From an uncultured Veillonellaceae bacterium (lineage in GTDB: Bacteria > Bacillota > Negativicutes > JARBTT01), in contig CAWDTA010000004.1 of assembly GCA_963805085.1 (NCBI GenBank), forward strand, positions 192,001-256,000: a DNA stretch of 64,000 nucleotides, read 5' to 3'. Every line of letters starts with the position of its first letter. Positions within the stretch are counted from its first letter, which is position 1. Shown in pieces: positions 51,496-61,025 of the stretch. The notes below the pieces were generated by a model, which saw only the letters and a program-made list of their open reading frames with translations, made no database searches and was not told the origin of the DNA. The position numbers and the translations under genes are program-made.

Positions 51496-51556
51496 AAAAA
51501 GACAAAAGTAATAGATTCTAAAATCTATTGCCTTTGCCTTTAGATTTCTAATCAGC
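51496..51556 (-). promoter_or_regulatory. Leader element 3: 21-nt hairpin overlapping an intrinsic terminator
   Basis: GCTGATTAGAAATCTAAAGGC, then AAAGGCAATAGATT..AATCTATTACTTTTGTCTTTTT; consensus TTGACA-17-TATAAT at 51583-51611. Confidence 0.7.
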
Positions 51557-51854
51557 AAACCGCACTGTTTATTGATTTTTATATTATAATCCATTTTCAT
51601 AATTTTGTCAAGTATTTTTATAATTCAAGTGTGTGAATGATATACGATAATGTCCTATTATACAGTTTTTGATTATGTCCCAATCCACATGATATACTGT
51701 AGCCTTATTCAGAAAATATAGAATGTTACAGTTTTTTATTTATCTATTGTTTTTTTCCTTTTTTGTGTTAATATTATTGATTATACAATTAACTATATTT
51801 GGAATAAATATTAGTTAATACGTCATTAACAATATTAATAAGGAGGATTTTCTT

Positions 51855-52708
51855 ATGCAAATTTTAAGCAAAAACTTCCTATATATTCATTTGGTCGTTT
51901 TATTCTTTGCATTTTCTAGTTTATTTGGTGAGCTAATAACGTTACCAGCTCTTGCCATAATATTGGGTAGAGTCTTTTTTTCTTCGGCATTCCTATTTAT
52001 ATTCTCTCAATATAATAAAGAAACATTACGGTTTTCCAAGCGGATTAATCATGCCTATCTTGCTTTAATGGGGATTATCCTAGTGATTCATTGGGCAACA
52101 TTCTTTCAATCAGTGCAGCTGTCTACAGTCGCCATTGGCCTGCTGACGTTTTCCATCTTTCCTTTACTCGTACCTTATATGGAAAACTTCTTTTTAAAGA
52201 AAAGCTCAAACTCTCTGATATTATCATGGCAAACATCATGTTCTGCGGTATTTTATTGATATTACCAAACTTTGAAATACCCAATGCCACCATCCAAGGA
52301 ATACTTTACGGTTCTATCGCTGGTTTTACTTATGCAAATTTATCCTTGATTAACCGTAAATGTGTAAAAGAGTATTGTAGCCTCGTGATCTCGCTCTATG
52401 AGCAGGCAGTGGCAACGACATTTCTACTACCATTTCTTTTTATTGAAACACCTAAATTTACAATAAATGATATTTTATTACTCATGATTTTAGGTACAAT
52501 TTTGACAGGTATTGCACATGCATTATTTATTCATGGCTGGAAAAGTATTTGCGCTAAAACATCAGGTATGGTCACTTATTTTGAACCCATTTACGGAATC
52601 ATCATTGCTACAATGACGATTCAAGCAATTCCTACTGTTAATGAGATGTTTGGTGCCGTTATCATACTAAGCACTGTACTCTATCATTCCTTTAATCAAA
52701 GAGCTTAA
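51855..52708 (+). pseudogene. EamA/DMT transporter split by a 1-nt frameshift
   Basis: N-terminal half ..PYMENF joins C-terminal half FKEKLKLSD.. if the T5 run at 52191-52195 were T6. Confidence 0.7.
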
Positions 52709-52725
52709 GATTCGTTATTAAACGC

Positions 52726-52766
52726 AAAAATTCCGTAGTGTATGTTCGGCACTACGGAATTTTTTT
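52726..52766. terminator. Bidirectional terminator
   Basis: AAAAATTCCGTAGTG..CACTACGGAATTTTTTT. Confidence 0.8.
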
Positions 52767-53396
52767 ATTTAAGCATAAGTCACAAACTAAATTAAAATAA
52801 CAAAATTGTACAAAAAGCCAACACATAGTGTAGGCTCACTTGAATCTTGACTTTTTGTATCTTCGTTGGTGTATTTTATCGAATTATTCGAAACAAACAA
52901 AGCATTAGCAATCATTAATTGCAATTATTTTTTATTAATCAATATTTATAGTTTACCTATTAGGAGTGGTTTTGTCAATAAACAAAAGTGTTTTTTTATG
53001 TATTTTTCTTGAACACTTTACCTATGAAATTTCAATAACTCTTTACTAAACATTACAATGGTAAGAAAAGTAAAAAAAAGCTAGCAAATCTGCTAGCTTT
53101 TATTTTGGGTTGTTTTTATGGAAACCTGAGCTACAAATTAAAGCGTACAAGGCAAGTACGCTATGTATTTCAGGAATATCAAAAATTTATTTATTGGATA
53201 TTTAGATTATTATTATTTATTAGCGCCTATCTATTAAATAACTTATATTAATAGATTAATACTTATATGCAAGTTTGTCAACAACTAATTATAATAATAG
53301 TTAATGGTTTTATCTAGTAGTAATTAGTTTTATTAATTGTAATACTTATACTAAATAAGCTATTTAATAAAAATTATACAACATAAAAAACTATTT

Positions 53397-54806
53397 TTAC
53401 CAAAGTCCAAGTACTTTCCACCATGCACCGCCAATACCTAACCAAATTACTACGTTAAGAGTAGTAAGAATGAAACCAAGTTTCCACCATTCACCTTGTG
53501 TTACATAGCCTGCACCGAATATGATCGGACCTGCAGCGCCACCGAAGTGTGTTAACGGAATCATAATGTTAGATAAAAATGCAAATGCTAAAGCTGCAAG
53601 AAGTGGTGGTGCGCCTGCGGCTACCGAAATTGCAAGGAATGCCGCGTACATTGCACTGATATGTGCTGTAACGCTTGCGAAGCCATAATGCGCATATACA
53701 TAGACAATGATTAATATAGAAAATGCAGCAATCCAAGATAAGCCTGCGGCTGCGATTATTACACCTGCTGATTTAGCAATCCAAGCGATAAAACCTGATT
53801 TTTCAAGAGCAGTTGCCAATGCAATCAGTGCCCCCATCCAGAACATTGTATCCCAAGCGCCTTTTTCTTGGAGAATGTCTTGCCATGTGAGTGCATTAAA
53901 AACAACCATAACACAGACAGCCATCATTGCTACAACAGTTGCATTTATATGTGTAATATCAGAAGTTGCCCAGAGAACCAATGCACCAACGAATACACAA
54001 GCAACAATTTTTTCAATGGTTGTCATCGGTCCCATGATTCCAAGCTCTTTTTCCGCCAAACCTTTTGCATCTGGCATCGCTTTGATTTCCGGTGGATACA
54101 GTTTGTAAAGAACATATGGCATAACTAGAAGCGAAATCACCCCTGGAACAAAAGCCGCAACAGCCCAAGAATTCCAAGTTAATTGCACACCGATTGTTTT
54201 TGCTGCAAGCTCTGCAGAAAGTGGATTACCAGCCATTGCAGTTAAGAACATTGCGCAAGTGATTGCATTTGCATGGTATTCAACCTGCATGATATAAGCA
54301 CCAAACTTACGAGCAGTAGGCCCAGGTTCAGAGCCTAATGCAGATGAAAGACTTTTTATAATCGGGAATATAATCCCACCGGCACGCGCTGCACTGGAAG
54401 GTGTTGCTGGAGAAATAACGAAATCACTCAAGGTGATTGCATAGCCAAGTGTTAAGGAAGATCTACCAATTAATTTAATAATAACGAAAGCAATTCTTCT
54501 ACCAAGACCGCTCTTGATAAAGCCACGAGCAAATAAAAAAGCACAAATGATAAGCCAAATCGTACTATTACCAAAGCCAGCAAGTGCTTCATCTAGCTTC
54601 AATGTATTAGAAAATGCCGAGAAGGTAACAGAAATTAATGCAATTGCTCCGATTGGCAATGGTTGTAAAATAAAGCCTAGAATTGTTGCAGCAAAGATTG
54701 CAAATAAATGCCACGCTGTTACTTTTAACCCTTCTGGCACGGGACAGAACCAAAGGATGATACCAAACGCAAGCACTATTGCTGCATTACGAGTGTTTTT
54801 ATTCAT
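53397..54806 (-). CDS. DASS family di/tricarboxylate transporter (CitT/TtdT-like)
   Basis: KSGLGRRIA, TPSSAARAGG, FLTAMAGNPL, FASVTAH, WWKVLGLW. Confidence 0.9.
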   Translation of the reverse strand: MNKNTRNAAIVLAFGIILWFCPVPEGLKVTAWHLFAIFAATILGFILQPLPIGAIALISVTFSAFSNTLKLDEALAGFGNSTIWLIICAFLFARGFIKSGLGRRIAFVIIKLIGRSSLTLGYAITLSDFVISPATPSSAARAGGIIFPIIKSLSSALGSEPGPTARKFGAYIMQVEYHANAITCAMFLTAMAGNPLSAELAAKTIGVQLTWNSWAVAAFVPGVISLLVMPYVLYKLYPPEIKAMPDAKGLAEKELGIMGPMTTIEKIVACVFVGALVLWATSDITHINATVVAMMAVCVMVVFNALTWQDILQEKGAWDTMFWMGALIALATALEKSGFIAWIAKSAGVIIAAAGLSWIAAFSILIIVYVYAHYGFASVTAHISAMYAAFLAISVAAGAPPLLAALAFAFLSNIMIPLTHFGGAAGPIIFGAGYVTQGEWWKLGFILTTLNVVIWLGIGGAWWKVLGLW

Positions 54807-54928
54807 ACTATTCGCACCTTTCATCTCTGACTACTGAAAGGTGTCAATATTATGCAATAAGCGATGGAGCGAACCCCACCGCCTATTGTAATATAACCTA
54901 ACAGTTGTCTTCCACTGTTTCTTCATTG

Positions 54929-56278
54929 TTATTTTGCGTTGTATTTTTCAAGGACACGATCAGCAAATTGTGGAGCATACCCTATATAGTTATGAGGATC
55001 AATCATCGATGCAATTTCTTCGTCAGTGAAAGCTTCACGGACTTTTGGTTCTGCTTTTAACGCCACATCCATAAATTCTTCTTCTTCGTATGCTTTCATA
55101 CAAGTTCTGTAAACAATATCATGCGCAGTCATACGACCTAATTTAGGTGCTAAGTGCATCATTACGCATTCGCTCATCATGATACCTCTTAATTTATTTA
55201 AGTTATTTTCCATGTGTTTAGGGTAAACGATTAAGTTTTCTAATACATCCATAGATTTTTCAAGAGCAGCACCTAATAAGTGACAAGCACGAGGAATCGC
55301 TTCCCATTCACTAATGAAACAGCCCCAATCACGTTCATTTTCACTTACCATTGATTCAACAACAGCAGGAGCAATGCTTCTTACATTACGGCAAAGAGCG
55401 ATAATATTTTCAACAACTTGAGGATTGCGTTTATGAGGCATTGTGGAGGAACCAACTTTCCCCATGAAAAACGGTTCTTCTAATTCAATAATTTCAGTTC
55501 TTTGTAACGAAAGAATCTCACTTGCAATTTTACCGATTGTACCAGCGACGATTGCAAGTGTGCTAGCAAATTCAGCTTGGTTATCACGTGCTACATGCCA
55601 AGAAATAGTTGGAACGTTTAATTCTAGTATTTCCATCATTCTAGCTTGAACTTCAAGACCTTTTTCAGGATGAGATGCTAAAGTGCCAACAGCACCAGAC
55701 ATTTGACCAACAAATACTCTATCTTTCATCGCTTCCATACGTTCGATGTTTCTACCAATTTCATCAGCCCATATAGCAACTTTGTAGCCAAGAGTGATCG
55801 GTAATGCATGGATTACATGCGTACGACCACACATGATTGTATCTCTGTGCTCTTTCACTAATTTAAGCACTGATTTTTGACAAATTTTCAATTGATCAAG
55901 TACTATATAATATGCATCTCTCATTTGAAGAACAAGACCAGTATCTACAATATCTTGGCTAGTTGCGCCCCAGTGAACATATTCACCTGCATTATCATCT
56001 AAGACAACTTTAAAAGCTTTCAATAAAGGAACGATTGTTATTGAACTTTTATAATATTCACCGATTTGTGGTATATCTAGCAATTCAGCGTTTGCTTTTT
56101 TATTGATTTCGTCAGCTTTTGCTTTCGGAATAATCCCTAGTTCTCCTTGCGCTTTTGCAAGTGCTGCTTCTGTATCTAACCATTTTTGAGCGACATTTTT
56201 ATCACTAAAAACCTCTCTCATTTTTTCTGTACTAAATAAACAACCAAAAATTTCACTGTCGATAGCTGTTGATGCCAT
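54929..56278 (-). CDS. Fumarase/aspartase superfamily lyase (adenylosuccinate lyase/PcaB-like)
   Basis: VHWGATSQDI.D, GRTH, GAVGT, GSSTMPHKRNP, ERDW. Confidence 0.85.
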   Translation of the reverse strand: MASTAIDSEIFGCLFSTEKMREVFSDKNVAQKWLDTEAALAKAQGELGIIPKAKADEINKKANAELLDIPQIGEYYKSSITIVPLLKAFKVVLDDNAGEYVHWGATSQDIVDTGLVLQMRDAYYIVLDQLKICQKSVLKLVKEHRDTIMCGRTHVIHALPITLGYKVAIWADEIGRNIERMEAMKDRVFVGQMSGAVGTLASHPEKGLEVQARMMEILELNVPTISWHVARDNQAEFASTLAIVAGTIGKIASEILSLQRTEIIELEEPFFMGKVGSSTMPHKRNPQVVENIIALCRNVRSIAPAVVESMVSENERDWGCFISEWEAIPRACHLLGAALEKSMDVLENLIVYPKHMENNLNKLRGIMMSECVMMHLAPKLGRMTAHDIVYRTCMKAYEEEEFMDVALKAEPKVREAFTDEEIASMIDPHNYIGYAPQFADRVLEKYNAK

Positions 56279-56653
56279 AAAAAAAAATCCCCTCTCAATG
56301 TGAATATTCTTATTATTTTAACTACTCGGATGTGCGCACATCCGAGTTAAGGATTAACCTTGCCCTTATACTATCATAGGTAAAATTAATAGTTAAATAT
56401 CTATAGGTTATTATTTAATAAGTTAACCTTATTTACATATAAATACAGCTTTTAGTAGTGTTATTAGGCACTTTCAATAAGTTCTATTTATTAATCATCT
56501 ATATTGGTATAGACACTTATGTTATTTATAATTTTAACTTATCTTTTAATAACTTTTCACTATCTACCATTCATATTTGGCATAGTAAACGAATGACTTT
56601 CTATGCTACACTTTGAGTATGGATTATATTATAAACAGTAGGAGTTGCACATA

Positions 56654-57526
56654 ATGGAATTAAGACAACTAGAATACTTTCTTATGGTAAGCAAAGTAAA
56701 CAGTTTTACGCGAGCAGCCGAACGATTATACGTTTCGCAACCAGCCGTTACGAATGCAATTCGCAGTCTCGAAGAAGAACTTGGTATTCAATTATTTGAC
56801 CGTAGCCAAAAGCAAGCATTATTAACTACAGAAGGACAAGTATTTTACAATCACGTTGAGAATGTAATGCATGGTGTCTCCAAAACCATATCGGAGATTA
56901 ATGAACTGAAAAATTTAAATACTGGAATTCTAAAGCTTGGTATTACACCATTAGCAGGCGTTACGCCAATTCCGCAACTACTTGCGAAATTTAGAAGAAC
57001 ATATCCAAATATCCAAATATCTTTTATAGAAGAAAATGTATCTGTTATTCAAAAATCACTGATTGAGGATAAAGTTGATTTAGGCATAATTATAAATGGT
57101 GAAACTAGCAGCCTCCTAGAAACTTCTATATTAGGTACAGACGAATTGGTAGTGTGTTGTTCAAAAAATCATAGATTTAGCAACCTTACATCCATTGATT
57201 TATCTGAATTAGTCGAAGAACCGCTTATCTTACTCAGTCATGGTTGCTTACTTCGAAAGCTAATCATCACTGAATTTGAGCGTATCAATACGTTGCCACA
57301 AATAACATTTGAATCAAATCATATTCAAACAATAAAAAGTTTAGTTGCTTGTGATATCGGGCTATCCGTTATTCCTCGTGACTTATGTGAAAAAGATTCT
57401 AATCTGATTGCTATCCCTTTAAAAGAGCCTATATATATTACAATTTCTATTGCTCAAAAGAAAAATAAATATCTCTCCCATGCAGCTCAAGCAATGTTGC
57501 ATTTAATTTCTAATATCAATCAATAA
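56654..57526 (+). CDS. LysR family regulator, divergent from the lyase-DASS operon
   Basis: LRQLEYF..SFTRAAERLYVSQPAVT..IRSLEEELG.QLF.R. Confidence 0.92.
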   Translation: MELRQLEYFLMVSKVNSFTRAAERLYVSQPAVTNAIRSLEEELGIQLFDRSQKQALLTTEGQVFYNHVENVMHGVSKTISEINELKNLNTGILKLGITPLAGVTPIPQLLAKFRRTYPNIQISFIEENVSVIQKSLIEDKVDLGIIINGETSSLLETSILGTDELVVCCSKNHRFSNLTSIDLSELVEEPLILLSHGCLLRKLIITEFERINTLPQITFESNHIQTIKSLVACDIGLSVIPRDLCEKDSNLIAIPLKEPIYITISIAQKKNKYLSHAAQAMLHLISNINQ

Positions 57527-57661
57527 ATCACTTGAACAATATATCAGTTATATAATTGATTGCAAAAATTAAACATCAAATTTATTATGATTAGAATGAT
57601 TCAATCGATATGAACTTTACGAATCAATATCGATTTGAAATACGAAAGGAACTTAACAATC

Positions 57662-58573
57662 ATGAATCTAAAAATTGCAGCAGTCGGCAGTAGTCCGCTG
57701 ATCGCAGGAGAAATTCTCGATGCCACTAAGTTCATTATTGGCGATGAAATTAATATCAAGACTTATTCGACCTATGAAATACAAGATGATACCGTAGCAG
57801 ATATCTATATATGCGCAAAATCGCAATTGAACTCATTAAAAAAAGTAATTTCATCTAACAAAATCGTACTTTTAGAATTAATTCCAACCTCAAAGTTTTT
57901 TATAGCCGTTGCTCGGATTCCACAAGGTGAAACAATCTACATATTTAATAATCAATTGGAATACACAACAACACTTGGCAACTATTGCGAAAACCTTGGT
58001 ATTAATGGTGTACATTTCTTACCAATTGCTTATGAAGAGATGCCTAATGAAGAAGTATTTGCTCGATTAAAAGAAGCACACTATATTATTGGTGTTGATA
58101 AATTTGTCGGTAATAAAGTATTAAAATCAGCAAAATACGCCCCTTATCTCCGTGATGATGTAAACATTATAGAAGGTACACGCGTTGCATCCGTTCATTC
58201 TGCTTGTGCACTATTACAATGTCTTGCAACCAACTTCCACAGATCTATTGAAAATAGCGTATCCGCTATTACTACAAAACTAAAAAATCCCCCTACCCAT
58301 TCCAAGCAGGAAATCGACAGGATTCATAATGAAGTTACTAAACTAGTATTTTATAGTAATAAAGTTATGGATATCATTCAAAATGCCGTAATAAAATCTG
58401 TAGTTAATCACATTTCACCAGATATTGCCATTTTTGATAAAACAGCCGAAGAATATCCAACCTTCAACACGCAACACACTACAAATCACCCAATTTGTAA
58501 TTCCTTAGAATCCATAACTAATCTAAATAATACCCTTCTCCTAATTGCAAAAAAATTAGCAAAATTAAATTAA
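57662..58573 (+). CDS. Hypothetical protein
   Basis: Long ORF with AAAGGA RBS and a downstream terminator; no family recognised. Confidence 0.6.
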   Translation: MNLKIAAVGSSPLIAGEILDATKFIIGDEINIKTYSTYEIQDDTVADIYICAKSQLNSLKKVISSNKIVLLELIPTSKFFIAVARIPQGETIYIFNNQLEYTTTLGNYCENLGINGVHFLPIAYEEMPNEEVFARLKEAHYIIGVDKFVGNKVLKSAKYAPYLRDDVNIIEGTRVASVHSACALLQCLATNFHRSIENSVSAITTKLKNPPTHSKQEIDRIHNEVTKLVFYSNKVMDIIQNAVIKSVVNHISPDIAIFDKTAEEYPTFNTQHTTNHPICNSLESITNLNNTLLLIAKKLAKLN

Positions 58574-58647
58574 TCTACAAAAAAATCCGCTTTGCAAATT
58601 TACAAAGCGGATTTTTCAACTCTATATTTTTTTATTGGCTTACAATA

Positions 58648-59343
58648 TTAAAGATATACATTCATTAAATTAAAACACAATGTAACGACTTGTGGTGCAA
58701 TAAAGGTCGTTACAATTCCCATGAAAATCATAGCTAGACTGGCAATTACGCCTTCTACATTACCTAATTCATAGGCTTTAGCAGTTCCCGTTCCATGTGC
58801 TGAAACACCATAAAGCATACCTTTGGTTACAGGACTTTTAATTGGTATATATTTCAGCATTATTGTGGTAACAATCGTACCAATCAGTGCTGTGCAAATC
58901 ACAAATACCGCGGTAATCGATGGATTCCCACCGAGAATTTTAGAAACACTCATTGCAAGCGGTGTTGTAATCGAACGCGGTGCAAGACTAGCAACAAGTT
59001 CAGAATTGATTCCTAAAAAGCTTGCAATCACCATGGAAGTAACAATCGCGACAATTGCTCCACCAGTAACGCTAACCGTAAGTTCCATCAGATATTTCTT
59101 TACTGTTTTACGATACTTATACATAGGGACTGCCAATGCAACGGTTGCCGGTTGTAGCATCAGCGTCAGCCAATGACCACCTTGATCATAGGATTCATAA
59201 GGAACATGAAAGCTTAATAATAAAGCTATAATAGCAATTGGACAAACAATCAACGGTGAAAAGAGCATATTATGGCTTTTTTGATATACTTTCTTAGCCA
59301 TAAAATAAATTGTCAAAGTCAATACTAGATAAAAGAGCATCAT
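58648..59343 (-). CDS. LrgB/CidB family membrane protein
   Basis: PATVALAVP.Y, LAPRSITTP.A, G.SAHGTGT; ATGA overlap with the cidA-like gene. Confidence 0.9.
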   Translation of the reverse strand: MMLFYLVLTLTIYFMAKKVYQKSHNMLFSPLIVCPIAIIALLLSFHVPYESYDQGGHWLTLMLQPATVALAVPMYKYRKTVKKYLMELTVSVTGGAIVAIVTSMVIASFLGINSELVASLAPRSITTPLAMSVSKILGGNPSITAVFVICTALIGTIVTTIMLKYIPIKSPVTKGMLYGVSAHGTGTAKAYELGNVEGVIASLAMIFMGIVTTFIAPQVVTLCFNLMNVYL

Positions 59344-59711
59344 GATGCATTCCTGCTTTCGCGAAACCGAACGATAAATTCGGTAACAATACCGACAAAT
59401 ACTACAACCAAACAAATGCTAGCACCAATGACAAATAACAGTTGTGCCCAATCATTCTTTAATGCATCTTGGAATTGAATAACACCAATGGCTGATGGAA
59501 TGAAAAATAAAAGCATTTCGGCAATCAAAAAGTTTGCCCCTAATTCAATTTTTTCCAATGGCAGCCACTTTTGTTTAATAACAACAAATAACAATAATAT
59601 CCCTAAAATACTGCCCGGAATCCCAATATTTAAAGCACTAGATAGCACATTACCAGCAAAACTAATTGCACATAGACCTAAAATTTGAATTAAAATACTT
59701 ACGATTTTCAT
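59340..59711 (-). CDS. CidA/LrgA family membrane protein
   Basis: IPGSILG..LL, GANFLIAEMLLFFIPSAIG. Confidence 0.9.
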   Translation of the reverse strand: MKIVSILIQILGLCAISFAGNVLSSALNIGIPGSILGILLLFVVIKQKWLPLEKIELGANFLIAEMLLFFIPSAIGVIQFQDALKNDWAQLLFVIGASICLVVVFVGIVTEFIVRFRESRNAS

Positions 59712-59953
59712 TTTTATCATCCTTCGCTCTGCTCACATTTACAAGTTAACACTTTTTAAAGTTATATTTCATGTAGTTATCGTCGAACATCAATTATTTT
59801 TATTAATAATATCATTGCTTTTGATATTAATAATTTATTTATCATCTTTATGTTTCATAGTTTACTACAATTAGCAGGAATAATAAAATACTTGTTATAT
59901 ATATATAGTATGCGTTTAAGTTATATCAAATTTTAAAATGAGGTGTTCAAAAA

Positions 59954-60853
59954 ATGGATATTTTACATTTAACCTATTTTATCGAAGTGGCTAGGCGAAA
60001 AAGTTTTACGAAGGCCTCACAATTATTGCACGTCAGTCAACCTTCTATTAGCAAAGTAATTAAAACACTTGAAAACGAATTGGGTGTAACATTATTTGAA
60101 CGCCTTGGCCGTGAAATAGAACTTACCGATATTGGTCATGCTGTATTTAAACGTGCCCAAAGTGTCGTTAGTGAATTCCATGATTTATCTAACGAAATTC
60201 ACGATGTTGTTAGCATTAAACATGGTGAAATTACTATTGGACTACCACCAATGGTAGGTTCACGTTTTTTTCCTAGCATTATTGGTAAGTTTAAAAAAAC
60301 ATATCCGCAAGTAATGCTAAAGTTGATTGAAGTGGGGTCCAAGCAAGTGGAGCTAGATGTGAAAAATGGTCTACTTGATATTGGTGTAATCGCACTACCA
60401 CTGACAGAAAGTGATATTGAAAGTTTTACTTTTGTAAAGGAAGAATTAAAAGTTGTGCTACGCCGAGATCATCCGCTGGCAAATTCTGAGAAGTTAAGCT
60501 TAGATAAATTGCGTGATGAAGATTTCATTCTTTATAGTAATGATTTTTCCCTTAATGGTCTTATCTATAAAGAATGCCAAAAAAACAACTTTTCTCCGAC
60601 TATTGTCTGCCAAAGTTCTCAGTGGGATTTTATCGCGGAAACTGTCGATGCCGGCTTGGGTATCGCCTTACTTCCTGAAACTATTTGTAAAGAACTTGAC
60701 CCGAAACGGTTACTTAGTATCCCACTTTACAATGCTTTAATTCCTTGGAATTTGGCCATTATCTGGAAAAAAAATAAATACCAATCATTTGCTACCCGCG
60801 AGTGGCTAAAACTCTGCAAAAAGAATTTTAAACCTCAATACACAGAACTATAA
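59954..60853 (+). CDS. LysR family regulator (CidR-like)
   Basis: SFTKAS..LHVSQPSISK.IK.LE.ELG; GLPPMVG, SSQWDFI; divergent from cidAB. Confidence 0.88.
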   Translation: MDILHLTYFIEVARRKSFTKASQLLHVSQPSISKVIKTLENELGVTLFERLGREIELTDIGHAVFKRAQSVVSEFHDLSNEIHDVVSIKHGEITIGLPPMVGSRFFPSIIGKFKKTYPQVMLKLIEVGSKQVELDVKNGLLDIGVIALPLTESDIESFTFVKEELKVVLRRDHPLANSEKLSLDKLRDEDFILYSNDFSLNGLIYKECQKNNFSPTIVCQSSQWDFIAETVDAGLGIALLPETICKELDPKRLLSIPLYNALIPWNLAIIWKKNKYQSFATREWLKLCKKNFKPQYTEL

Positions 60854-61025
60854 AAAAAAATGTCTGTTGTAAATCATTCTTACAACAGACATTTTTAATC
60901 GGAATAAAGAAAAAAAGCATTTTTATTTTTATGCTTTACCTCATTATAAATAAAGTTTAAGCTAAAAAACTCTAACCGAAAGAGCTACCCTAACCTTGAT
61001 ATGTAGTCCTTTTGATTTGATGAAA

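Noticed and set aside
50953-51556. CRISPR array or transposon ends as the explanation for the three repeats
   Set aside because: Spacing is about 250-290 nt, the copies covary as RNA stems and overlap terminators, and no cas or transposase genes are nearby.
51400-51600. 66-aa minus-strand ORF MKMDYNIK..
   Set aside because: It starts inside the promoter spacer and crosses the leader terminator; the RBS-supported ORF is 51396-51473 in another frame.
54929-56278. Assigning the symbol purB or pcaB
   Set aside because: The signature is shared across the superfamily, and the transporter/LysR context argues against a confident assignment.
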